From a virus (lineage: Duplodnaviria > Caudoviricetes): DNA of 64,000 nt. The stretch's first letter is position 1, and the number at the start of each line of letters is the position of its first letter. This document shows positions 18,527 to 26,397 of the stretch, piece after piece. The stretch lies in the IMG/VR virus record IMGVR_UViG_3300014205_000015, positions 1-64,000 of that record; one strand, 5' to 3'. The position numbers were made by a program, and so were the translations under genes. Under the pieces are notes generated by a model. That model saw nothing but the letters and a program-made list of their open reading frames with translations, made no database searches and was not told the origin of the DNA.

Positions 18527-18751
18527 CTATAGCTCGATGTCTAGGACATTGCGAAACGTATCCTTAACAGCCTCGATGAAGTCGGCAGCCGAATTAGCGG
18601 CTACTGATTCTTCTGGTTCATACGCGCCGTCTTCGTTGTACGAAAGGCGCTCGGCAATTTCCGTCAGCGCCTTTGCGAGCGTCAATAGTGACTTTCCTTG
18701 TATGTGATGCTCAGCGTCGACGATTTGATTGAATTCCATAATCTTGTCCAT
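18527..18751 (-). CDS. hypothetical protein
   Basis: AGGGAG RBS overlapping the 3' end of the twister. Confidence 0.7.
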   Translation of the reverse strand: MDKIMEFNQIVDAEHHIQGKSLLTLAKALTEIAERLSYNEDGAYEPEESVAANSAADFIEAVKDTFRNVLDIEL

Positions 18752-18761
18752 TGGTTTTCTC

Positions 18762-18825
18762 CCTTGGCTTGTGGCTGGTCAGCGAAGTGCTGAGCCGCAT
18801 TAGCGCCCGAAGGCGTCACTCTGCG
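18762..18825 (-). ncRNA. twister ribozyme (permuted; P1 capped by cUUCGg)
   Basis: CGCA-GAGUG-ACGCC-UUCG-GGCGC-U^AA-UGCG-GC-UCAGC(ACUUC)GCUGA-CCAG-CCACAAGC-CAAGG. P2 UGCG/CGCA, T2 GC/GC, T1 GUG/CAC. Confidence 0.8.
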
Positions 18826-19187
18826 TTGTTCACTTTGGCTTTGGCGATGGCGGCGCGGGTGGCTTTGATTTCGTTGGCGTAAACCGTCAGTAGTAGAGAG
18901 TCGTTATCAAACATCGAGTCGATCGACTCCAGCGCGGCCAGCAGTTCCGCCAGACGATCTTCGAGCATCATGCAGCGCTCAGCGTAGGCTGCCTCAGTGC
19001 GGGTGGAGAAACCGCCTAATTCATCTTCAAGGCCAGCGACAAACCATCGCTTTCCAGGGCAGTCGATGTGGTTATTGTGGACACAACCCACAGCGCCGTT
19101 ATCGTAGCGGTTATTTGTGTACCATCCGCCATGTCTCCATCGCTCTGGAAAGCTTGGCTGCCAGCGGCGCGTTTGTGTCGTGTTCAT
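18816..19187 (-). CDS. hypothetical protein
   Basis: TACCCAGAGG leader; last codons form part of the twister. Confidence 0.7.
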   Translation of the reverse strand: MNTTQTRRWQPSFPERWRHGGWYTNNRYDNGAVGCVHNNHIDCPGKRWFVAGLEDELGGFSTRTEAAYAERCMMLEDRLAELLAALESIDSMFDNDSLLLTVYANEIKATRAAIAKAKVNNAE

Positions 19188-19221
19188 TATGTTTCCTCTG
19201 GGTAAAAAGTGGTAAGCCTGC

Positions 19222-19274
19222 GACGTTACAGGGGCTCGGCTACCGCTGGGGGTAGCTCCGCCGCCGAAACGTCA
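19222..19274 (-). ncRNA. unclassified structured RNA motif, copy B
   Basis: GACGUUUCG...GCUACC/GGUAGC hairpin...CCCCUGUAACGUC directly after a stop codon. Confidence 0.5.
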
Positions 19275-19823
19275 CTAGATAGGGTAGATAGAGCTGAAAC
19301 TGACCGGCTGACCGTCACGCTCAAGCTGCTCACATTTGGCGATAATTTGCTTGGCGTGTGCTTTGTTTTCCTCTGTGTCATACAGCGCCGAGTGGCTATA
19401 GTGCTCGAATTGAATACCCCGCCAGTACACGTAGCCGTCGTATTCGATTCGTAGTCGCTCGTCGATGCCGTAGAGTGGTTCGCCGCGGTCCTCTACTAGC
19501 GGTGGATTGTCGCGTTCCGTCTGGGCAATTCGGAAGTGTACGCCAGCTACGCCATGCGTACTCGATTCTGCGCCATTGGTGATATCGCCGCAGCAGAGCT
19601 CCACGCAATCGTCACAGAGTCCGTATCCAGGCTCCTGGTTCCACCAGTCGCGCCCCTGGAGCGATTCGCCACAGCAAGTGCAGGACAGCCACTTAATTGG
19701 CTTCTTGCGCTCGTTGGCGTAGTCGTCTACTCTCGCTGCGCTGGCTTGCTTGTCTAGCGATTCCAGCCATGCGTTAGCTTGTTCTGTCGTCGTTATGGCG
19801 ATTGTCTCGATTCCGTGTCTCAT
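19275..19823 (-). CDS. hypothetical protein with zinc-binding motif
   Basis: CTCCG...GLCDDC; TACCCGGAG leader. Confidence 0.75.
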   Translation of the reverse strand: MRHGIETIAITTTEQANAWLESLDKQASAARVDDYANERKKPIKWLSCTCCGESLQGRDWWNQEPGYGLCDDCVELCCGDITNGAESSTHGVAGVHFRIAQTERDNPPLVEDRGEPLYGIDERLRIEYDGYVYWRGIQFEHYSHSALYDTEENKAHAKQIIAKCEQLERDGQPVSFSSIYPI

Positions 19824-19861
19824 GGTTTTGCTCTCCGGGTAGAGGGGTTTGGGGTAATTCC

Positions 19862-19920
19862 TGACGTTGCAGGGGTCACAGGGCTAGCAGGTGGGCTAGC
19901 CCAGGTCCCGCGAAACGTCA
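19862..19920 (-). ncRNA. unclassified structured RNA motif, copy A
   Basis: UGACGUUUCG...GGGCUAGC/GCUAGCCC hairpin...CCCCUGCAACGUCA starting at the stop codon. Confidence 0.5.
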
Positions 19921-20157
19921 GAATGCGAGTATGCGAGCTTTAATGTCATCTAATGCTTTAGCAAGTGCCGGGCATTCGTCGCTATACTTGTCGACACGAG
20001 CAAGCATAGCACAAAAGAGTAGGGCATCAGTCTTTCGCATACCTGTCGACCTAAGCGCGGCAACTACTCTATTGTTTGCCGCACGCATCGCCGTAGCTGA
20101 TTCAGCGAAGTAACCCACTCGGTTACATTGCTCTGCGTACGTTGGGCATTGTGTCAT
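19918..20157 (-). CDS. first gene of the leftward operon, hypothetical
   Basis: Start MTQCPT after TACCCGGAGGG. Confidence 0.65.
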   Translation of the reverse strand: MTQCPTYAEQCNRVGYFAESATAMRAANNRVVAALRSTGMRKTDALLFCAMLARVDKYSDECPALAKALDDIKARILAF

Positions 20158-20175
20158 GATTCCCTCCGGGTAAGG

Positions 20176-20277
20176 AAAAAGGAGCCCCCAGCGCGACAGG
20201 GCTACACAAGACCAGCCTATGAAGTCGGCTAGAATTGATTGTCGCGAGGGGGCATAGTTGTTTGAGTCCTGTGTAGC
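20176..20277 (-). promoter_or_regulatory. structured 5' leader (crossing helices plus U-tract; attenuator-like)
   Basis: 12-bp P1 (20266-20277/20201-20212) crosses a 6+7-bp P2 (20240-20253/20184-20198), followed by UUUUU. Confidence 0.55.
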
Positions 20278-20284
20278 TATCGTC

Positions 20285-20313
20285 ATTGTACGCTTCGGGG
20301 CCCATAGTGTCTA
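20285..20313 (-). promoter_or_regulatory. sigma70-like leftward promoter
   Basis: TAGACA-N17-TACAAT. Confidence 0.7.
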
Positions 20314-20415
20314 TGAGGAAAGTACAATAATTCTTGCATATTGGGAAAATACATCCAGAATATTTCTAGTTAGACACTTAGTATTGCGGGTCCATGCTAA
20401 TAGCAGGCTTGGATT

Positions 20416-20433
20416 TGTCCACAATTGTGGACA
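20416..20433. repeat. palindrome TGTCCACAATTGTGGACA, copy 1
   Basis: Perfect 18-bp palindrome between the divergent operons. Confidence 0.9.
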
Positions 20434-20621
20434 TTGCCAGTCCCCACCCGCCAGCGGGGGATTTTGGCTTCTTATTGAGATTGGAGCGGGTTTCGGGCAT
20501 ACTGAGGGCTAATCAGACGCACCAGAATGCCCCAGAATCGACGCGGAGCACTTCGCGTGACCCAGAACACCTGCCTTTTTCTCGTGCGTTGTACGCTCAG
20601 TCTCAATAAGGAATAGCAGCA

Positions 20622-20945
20622 ATGGTCCACCGTCCCAACCCAGTTCAGTCTATCCAACAGCAGCCGCAACAGTTCGGACAACAGCGCTATCAACCGCTCC
20701 AAATGGGAGCCGCCCAGCAGCCGCTCGCCGACCCAGCCGCAGCGATTCAAGGGCAGGTACAAGAACTGGCGTTAGAGATTTACGCTAGGCTGGTTGCCGG
20801 TCGCCACCTGGATCCCAGCTACACAACGGCGCTCGACCAGTCGCATTTGCGCCAGTTAGCCAAGGACAGCCAAGCCGCAGCCACCGCATACTTCAGCCAG
20901 CTAGGTGTACAATTCGAGGACCACCCCAACCAACCAGGGAGCTAA
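20622..20945 (+). CDS. Gln-rich hypothetical protein
   Basis: AAGGA RBS; first gene of the rightward unit. Confidence 0.7.
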   Translation: MVHRPNPVQSIQQQPQQFGQQRYQPLQMGAAQQPLADPAAAIQGQVQELALEIYARLVAGRHLDPSYTTALDQSHLRQLAKDSQAAATAYFSQLGVQFEDHPNQPGS

Positions 20946-20947
20946 CA

Positions 20948-22180
20948 ATGGCTAAACGCAAGACGACCACGAACGATGCCAGGCAGGACAACGGCGCAAA
21001 GAAGCCAAGAGCTAAGAAGGCAGCCAAGCAGACCTGCGGCAACTGTAAGCACTGGGTCAACGAAATGGGCGGCTGGGCTGATTGTGAGGTACACGACCTA
21101 AACCAGCCTGCATCGCAGTCATGCAGCGATTGGCTCAGCCTAACAGCACCTGACAGCCCAGAAGCACCGAGCGACCCCAAAAACATCCAAGGCGCAATAA
21201 GCACTACTAAGACCACCAACAGTAAAGAACCAACTAACCAGGCAGGCAGAGAAGGGGACAGCAGCGAGGACCAGCTAGCCACGCCAGGCAGCCGCACCCA
21301 GCAAAGCACCCCACAGCCAACCCCACCAACACGGCAAGCAGTCACCAATGACCCAAAACAAGACGAAGGCGCCAAAGCTCCAAGAGAGAAGAGAACGGGA
21401 AGTGTGGATACTAACCATCGAACTCGGGCTATTCTGGACAAAGCCAGCGAAACCCCACCAGCCGCAACCAGCCAAGCCACCCCACAACTAGAGCCAACCA
21501 CAAGGGAAATCAAAGCGGGGGACGATACCCTCTCCGTAGCCGAGTCCGCCACGAGCTACGTGGATAGCAGCCTCACGCGGGAAGAATCGCAGGCTGAAGC
21601 AACCAGGCGTTGGCGAAATTCAGGGATCGCCGAGCAGGTTGCGGTCTTTCGGGATCGGGTTCGCGAGGAGTACAAGGCGCAGAATCCAGGCTGCAAGCGG
21701 CGCGATGCCCATGAGTTTGCTTGGTCCAGTGCAATAGCCGCGTTTCCACCTCCAGGCGTTGATCCAGCCGAGCCCGAGCCCATAGCAGCCGCTGCGCCCG
21801 AGCCAGAAACGTCCACAATTGTGGACATCTCGCCCGCCCCAATAGCCTCGGACCAGGGCGTTCCAGGGCTAGGAACTCTGCCCGATAGCTGGGGGACGCT
21901 CGCAGCCAATGCCAGTCTCCAGGTTGAAATCTCATGGGTATCCGCCAATCGCCTAAGAGTAAGGGATGGCAACGGGGTCGATTTATCCAAGGCATTGAGC
22001 CCGGCACCGTCTTATAGCGCTCTGAGCTGGCTGGAGACTTCCATCCTGTTTCCAAGCAAGTTTGCCGACATCTCAGTGAAGGCCACGCAGAACCAAGAAG
22101 ACGAGAAAGAGCACATCCGCAGGGAAAAGCTGTCAATTGAGGAGGTCCGCGGGTTACTAAAGGAGATGCTGGAGGGCTAA
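20948..22180 (+). CDS. hypothetical protein (possibly terminase small subunit-like); disordered N-terminal half with CxxC..C..H..C motif
   Basis: Long ORF with GGGAG RBS and folded C-terminal domain; the terS call is a guess. Confidence 0.55.
   Translation: MAKRKTTTNDARQDNGAKKPRAKKAAKQTCGNCKHWVNEMGGWADCEVHDLNQPASQSCSDWLSLTAPDSPEAPSDPKNIQGAISTTKTTNSKEPTNQAGREGDSSEDQLATPGSRTQQSTPQPTPPTRQAVTNDPKQDEGAKAPREKRTGSVDTNHRTRAILDKASETPPAATSQATPQLEPTTREIKAGDDTLSVAESATSYVDSSLTREESQAEATRRWRNSGIAEQVAVFRDRVREEYKAQNPGCKRRDAHEFAWSSAIAAFPPPGVDPAEPEPIAAAAPEPETSTIVDISPAPIASDQGVPGLGTLPDSWGTLAANASLQVEISWVSANRLRVRDGNGVDLSKALSPAPSYSALSWLETSILFPSKFADISVKATQNQEDEKEHIRREKLSIEEVRGLLKEMLEG
21811..21826. repeat. palindrome GTCCACAATTGTGGAC, copy 2 (inside CDS, encodes STIVD)
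   Basis: Perfect 16-bp palindrome. Confidence 0.9.
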
Positions 22181-22182
22181 AC

Positions 22183-22244
22183 GTCCACAATTGTGGATAA
22201 GGACAACCCAGCTTAACATTCCAGGGATGTCCACAATTGTGGAT
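22183..22244. repeat. palindrome copies 3 and 4 (GTCCACAATTGTGGAT at 22183 and 22229)
   Basis: Two near-perfect copies 46 bp apart just after a stop; copy 3 includes a consensus DnaA box (TGTGGATAA). Confidence 0.9.
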
Positions 22245-22676
22245 ACTCACCCCTCTTCTGCTAGAAACTATCGTTTTCTCAGGGGTTTAGCTACTTTCTC
22301 CATCGTAGAGTATAAAGCCAATGCACAATCCAGCCTCGGCACCAGGGCAGGGATGTAGCGTAGGGGCAGCGTGGTAGGTGGGGCTATGGGCGAGGGAGCG
22401 TAGGCGCGTGGGGCTGGGCGAGGGCTGAGAGCCTGTGCGTGTAGTGGTGCAGGGGACGATGGACAGCGCCAAGTGCATGGCTGCTGGCTTCGAGGGCGAT
22501 GAGAGGCAGCAAGGGAAGGCGACCACATCGAAGGCGGACCTGGCATCGGAACGGAAAACGAACCGGACCGCCCCGCCCCCAGCGCGGGACTCCTTCTAAT
22601 GTCCCTCTTATCTGCCAACCCAATTTCAGCGTCATCTCACCTAGCAAGTAACAGGCATATATGTTATACTAGGAGC

Positions 22677-23579
22677 ATGAGCAAACCAATGCAGATTACC
22701 GCTGGCGACAAGTACGGGCGACTGACTGTTATTCGCGAGGTTGACGCGAAGTATTCTGGTGGTCATCGCCAGAGGTGCGTGGAGTGCCGGTGTGAGTGTG
22801 GGGTGGTGAAGGAGTATCGGCTTTACACGATTCGGAACGGGAACACTAAGTCGTGTGGGTGCTTGGCTAATGAAGTAGCTGGTGCGAATTTGCGGACGCA
22901 TGGTCTTTCGGATCGAGAGGAGTATCGGATTTGGCAGGGAATGCTTAATCGTTGCCGCAACGAGAATGAGGGCAACTACCACAATTACGGAGGTCGCGGG
23001 ATTGCGGTGTGTGAGCGCTGGAAGGAATCGTTCGAGAAGTTTTTTGAGGATATGGGTCCACGTCCGTCTGTGAAGCACAGCATTGACCGCATTGACAATG
23101 ACGGCAACTACGAGCCAGGCAATTGCCGGTGGGCGACATCGAAGGAGCAGTCTAGGAATAAGCGGGTCAATTATCTCGTATCGCATGATGGCGAAACCAA
23201 GTGTGTGTCGGAGTGGGCGGAGAAGCATGGTCTCAAGTCTTCAGTGCTTTACTATCGGCTGGTTAAGCTTGGGTGGACGTTTGAGAAGTCGGTTAGCTGG
23301 CCGTCATTTAACCGTTCTTCCGCTAGGTCTTGTAATCCGCATTACCGAGTTCCGATGAAGGAGCGGGATGCTTCATGGCAGCGAGAGCATGAGCGACTTG
23401 AGGTGATTCGCATTGCGAAAGATCGCCGAGAACTGGAGTCGTGCGGAGAAAGCTTAGCCAAGTCGCATCGACTGGACGCGAGCGAGTTTAAGTCTCGAGT
23501 GGATGCTGCGCTGGTCGAAGGCTGGACGTGGAAAGGCTCGGTTTTGCGTGCATTGCAAGAGATGGGCTCCGTTGAATAA
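22677..23579 (+). CDS. HNH homing endonuclease
   Basis: YGRLTV..CRCECG..KSCGC; YGGRGI.VC.RW; IDRIDNDGNYEPGNCRWAT. Confidence 0.9.
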   Translation: MSKPMQITAGDKYGRLTVIREVDAKYSGGHRQRCVECRCECGVVKEYRLYTIRNGNTKSCGCLANEVAGANLRTHGLSDREEYRIWQGMLNRCRNENEGNYHNYGGRGIAVCERWKESFEKFFEDMGPRPSVKHSIDRIDNDGNYEPGNCRWATSKEQSRNKRVNYLVSHDGETKCVSEWAEKHGLKSSVLYYRLVKLGWTFEKSVSWPSFNRSSARSCNPHYRVPMKERDASWQREHERLEVIRIAKDRRELESCGESLAKSHRLDASEFKSRVDAALVEGWTWKGSVLRALQEMGSVE

Positions 23580-23584
23580 TTGAC

Positions 23585-23613
23585 TTGCTTTCTGGGGTCC
23601 GTTCAGATATGAT
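23585..23613 (+). promoter_or_regulatory. sigma70-like promoter for the tRNA-like gene
   Basis: TTGCTT-N17-TATGAT. Confidence 0.65.
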
Positions 23614-23620
23614 GCTTTAT

Positions 23621-23694
23621 GGAGTCGGTAGCTCAGGGGTAGAGCAGCGGGGCATGTAATCCGCGGTTGATGGTTCGAATCCGTCCCGATTCCA
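23621..23694 (+). tRNA. atypical tRNA (Thr-UGU-like; 8-nt anticodon loop, 8-bp acceptor stem)
   Basis: Cloverleaf: GGAGTCGG/CCGATTCC, TA-GCTC..GAGC D arm, GCGGG/TCCGC stem with loop GCATGTAA, GATGG-TTCGAAT-CCGTC T arm; no separate encoded CCA. Confidence 0.75.
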
Positions 23695-23730
23695 TTTGTA
23701 GTACGTTACGGGCTTTGTGGGAGAAGAGGG

Positions 23731-23991
23731 ATGATTCCTAGACCGACCAACGATTGTTATGTCCCTATTGGCGACTTACCTATGGGTGAAGACAGGTTCA
23801 GGATGCTTTCGGAGGAAAACGCTAGGTTGCGGGCGGCTGGTGCACAGATGGCGATAGCGGCGCTGAGGGTGTCGACTGAGTACGACGGCGTTCATCGGTT
23901 GCTACTTGCTGTTTCTGTCTGGGCTAAGGCGATGGCTGATGAACATGGTCGTGGTGAGAAGGCAGGGGAGCAATCAGATGGTAGAGATTAA
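23731..23991 (+). CDS. hypothetical protein
   Basis: GAGGG RBS. Confidence 0.65.
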   Translation: MIPRPTNDCYVPIGDLPMGEDRFRMLSEENARLRAAGAQMAIAALRVSTEYDGVHRLLLAVSVWAKAMADEHGRGEKAGEQSDGRD

Positions 23992-24307
23992 AGCTGGTGT
24001 GGAGTTGGATAGGGCGGTAGCAGAGGCGATAGGCTGGCGGATTGAAGCATGTCGCCCATTGGACTGGATTGGTTCAAATGGCGTTTCTGTTGAGGAGTTT
24101 CGTCCTTCTGTGGATTTGAACTGGGCGTTTGCTGCTGCGGAGAAGGTGGGGCTGTTTGACCGCTGGGTAATTGGCCAATGGTCGAATCCACCACAATCTG
24201 GATGGGGCATAGAAGGCGATGATAGCCCAGTTACTTCCTTGTACCCTACCCCTGCACTTGCTATTTGCGCTGCGATACTTGCATTAGGGAAGGAGAGCGA
24301 ATCGTGA
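23978..24307 (+). CDS. NinX/DUF2591-like phage protein
   Basis: ELDRAVAEAIGW...FRPS.D...AF...ALAICAAIL pattern. Confidence 0.65.
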   Translation: MVEIKAGVELDRAVAEAIGWRIEACRPLDWIGSNGVSVEEFRPSVDLNWAFAAAEKVGLFDRWVIGQWSNPPQSGWGIEGDDSPVTSLYPTPALAICAAILALGKESES

Positions 24308-24546
24308 GCATACGTGTTACGGCGGTGTTGACTTGCGACACATGCGGTCGGGAATGTGGCTTGGAGCCAGTTTCTAAGGCTGGAGAGGCGACTGTCATTG
24401 CGCAACGGTTACGAGTCGCAGCGGAACATTGTGGTTGGAAGACTATTAGCCGTGGTAGATTCCATACTCCGACGCATTACTGTCCTTGTTGCCAGGACAA
24501 GCCGATGAAACCTGTGCCGCGGGCGAAGTGCGATTCGGGATTATGA
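24304..24546 (+). CDS. zinc-binding hypothetical protein
   Basis: CDTCG...HYCPCC; GTG overlapping previous stop. Confidence 0.65.
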   Translation: MSIRVTAVLTCDTCGRECGLEPVSKAGEATVIAQRLRVAAEHCGWKTISRGRFHTPTHYCPCCQDKPMKPVPRAKCDSGL

Positions 24547-24582
24547 CCCCTGCACTCATAGGCTCATAAAGCCCGCCAGTCG

Positions 24583-24864
24583 CTAGATAAACGTAGTATC
24601 GCCTACAACGACAGCCACCGAGTCCTGGCTGTAGCTCTTGCGGCAGTTCGTAATGGCTTCCTGTAGTTCATTAACCTGATTGCCAAGAATCTCACAGACC
24701 CAGCAGGCGTTCTGCCACGGGGCGTCCCAGTCAGACCCACCGCAGAAGTGGACGCGATATACATTGCTCCGAACCACTAGGTTCATCGACGCGGCGAAGT
24801 TAGCCCAATCGCCCTGAGTAAGCTTGTTGTCGGAATTTCCGATTTGAACTACCACTGTCTTCAT
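24583..24864 (-). CDS. hypothetical phage protein
   Basis: IGNSDNKLTQ..W motif; operon position. Confidence 0.7.
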   Translation of the reverse strand: MKTVVVQIGNSDNKLTQGDWANFAASMNLVVRSNVYRVHFCGGSDWDAPWQNACWVCEILGNQVNELQEAITNCRKSYSQDSVAVVVGDTTFI

Positions 24865-24868
24865 TGCT

Positions 24869-25576
24869 TTATTCCTGTGTTCGGTGGCTAGGAGAGTCAG
24901 CTACCATTTTTGCCAGCGCCCCAAACACTGCTATGAATGTCTCCTGTGAGACTGATCGCCAGTTGTCTGCGCGATGGCGGATGATGGATAGCTTGCACTG
25001 CTCGATTGCTTCGGCTAGGTCGTCTGGTAGGTCTCGCAAGGTATCCCAGTTGAGAATCATGGGCGGCGTTTCTTCTGATTTTGGTTCTGAGTGGCTTTTG
25101 TAGCGCTGGATTATCCGCATTGCAGTGTCGTATGCGCGGGCATCTTCCCATGAAGTCCATGAATTTAACCGGCAATCCATCTCTAGCGCTTCGGTAGTAT
25201 TTGATTCGACCCAAGCCTCAAAAGATTCGAGTGACCCATCGGAGTTCCCGGCTGGTTTTGGTTCATCCAGTTTCGATTCAACGGTCCTGAGCCGCATGTC
25301 TAGTTCAGCGATTGCGTCCTCCACGGGTCGAGATGGCAGGCGTCCCCGTAACTCATCAATTAGCGCTTCGACATCATCAACATTGTCCCAACCATCACCG
25401 CCAATGGCACGAAACTCTTCACGCCACTCCGCGAATGACTTCTGTTGTGGTGATGCTTCCTTGTCCGCTAGTCGGGCATCCGCGCCCGAACAAGCGGATG
25501 CAATAGGTTGGCTACCTCCGCACTTGGTACACACAGGTCCATCGTTCATGTAATTACACTTGCATATCCAAGTCAT
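24869..25576 (-). CDS. hypothetical protein with N-terminal RanBP2-like zinc finger
   Basis: WICKC..N....CTKC. Confidence 0.65.
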   Translation of the reverse strand: MTWICKCNYMNDGPVCTKCGGSQPIASACSGADARLADKEASPQQKSFAEWREEFRAIGGDGWDNVDDVEALIDELRGRLPSRPVEDAIAELDMRLRTVESKLDEPKPAGNSDGSLESFEAWVESNTTEALEMDCRLNSWTSWEDARAYDTAMRIIQRYKSHSEPKSEETPPMILNWDTLRDLPDDLAEAIEQCKLSIIRHRADNWRSVSQETFIAVFGALAKMVADSPSHRTQE

Positions 25577-25839
25577 CGGTGTTCCCTTTCCATTTCAATT
25601 TTAGAGCGTTTGACTTCTTGGATTGCTGCTTTAATTCCATCCTCTTTGGTTGGTCCGACACAATGCGTCATGGGCCAACCGCTGTGGAAGCGGTAGCTGT
25701 GCTGTCCGTCCATCTTCGGAGAGTGCATTTGCATCTGACCGAAAAAGAAGTCGAGCATGTCCGCTGCTTCGTCAATGTCTCCATCGTGGCATTTGTCGTA
25801 GTCACGTAGTCGCTCGAAAATTGGTCTCGAGTCAGTCAT
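25573..25839 (-). CDS. hypothetical protein
   Basis: Coupled stops and starts. Confidence 0.65.
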   Translation of the reverse strand: MTDSRPIFERLRDYDKCHDGDIDEAADMLDFFFGQMQMHSPKMDGQHSYRFHSGWPMTHCVGPTKEDGIKAAIQEVKRSKIEMEREHR

Positions 25840-26128
25840 TGGGTTTCTCCATTCGGGTAATTAAGAACTCACAGCACTCTCTCCATCCACGCTTATAGTC
25901 TGCTGAAGCGTCGACATCGAAAAGGGCATCGGCAGCGCCTCTGATAAGCGTCTCTTCCTTGGACCATGTAACGGGTTGGTCGCTCACAGCATCTGGTGAG
26001 CTGGCGACGGGTTGCGGCGTGTTCACGCGTGGAAACAGGGGCTTCACTATCAGCACTGCCATGCAACTCGCAAAAAAGACGGCAAGAAACATAACCAGGA
26101 CAGCAAGGGCGAAGTCGTACTTATTCAT
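25832..26128 (-). CDS. hypothetical membrane-anchored protein
   Basis: N-terminal hydrophobic helix. Confidence 0.6.
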   Translation of the reverse strand: MNKYDFALAVLVMFLAVFFASCMAVLIVKPLFPRVNTPQPVASSPDAVSDQPVTWSKEETLIRGAADALFDVDASADYKRGWRECCEFLITRMEKPND

Positions 26129-26181
26129 TGGTTTGACTCGGCACAAGGGGTAATTCAAACAACGACACTAATCTTACCACA

Positions 26182-26210
26182 TTGACCCAAAACAGCAAGT
26201 TGGTTATGAT
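26182..26210 (+). promoter_or_regulatory. sigma70-like promoter
   Basis: TTGACC-N17-TATGAT. Confidence 0.75.
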
Positions 26211-26221
26211 TCAGATTACTG

Positions 26222-26377
26222 GGGTGCAAGGAGCGGTGAAGTGTCCGCTACGGCTGCTAGAGGTCGACGTTGCCAGTTTCAACGGAATCAGCGAATTGAT
26301 GCGAGGCGACATGACGCGAAGCACAAACATTCGCTACCGGGCAGCGGCGCACGGTGGTTCAAGTCCATCGGCACCCA
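26222..26377 (+). ncRNA. tRNA-like RNA with an 81-nt structured insert replacing the anticodon loop
   Basis: Acceptor GGGTGC/GCACCC-A; D-like AGCGG/CCGCT; stem GCTGCT/GGCAGC; T arm GGTGG-TTCAAGT-CCATC. Confidence 0.7.
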
Positions 26378-26397
26378 CTTAGTCAAACAATGGGAGA

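Noticed and set aside
19222-19920. Reading motifs A and B as plus-strand hammerheads (they contain CGAAAC and GUU)
   Set aside because: No CUGANGA and only one internal hairpin
26222-26377. tmRNA or group I intron-containing tRNA
   Set aside because: No G3.U70, no tag ORF with a stop, insert too short and not ending in G
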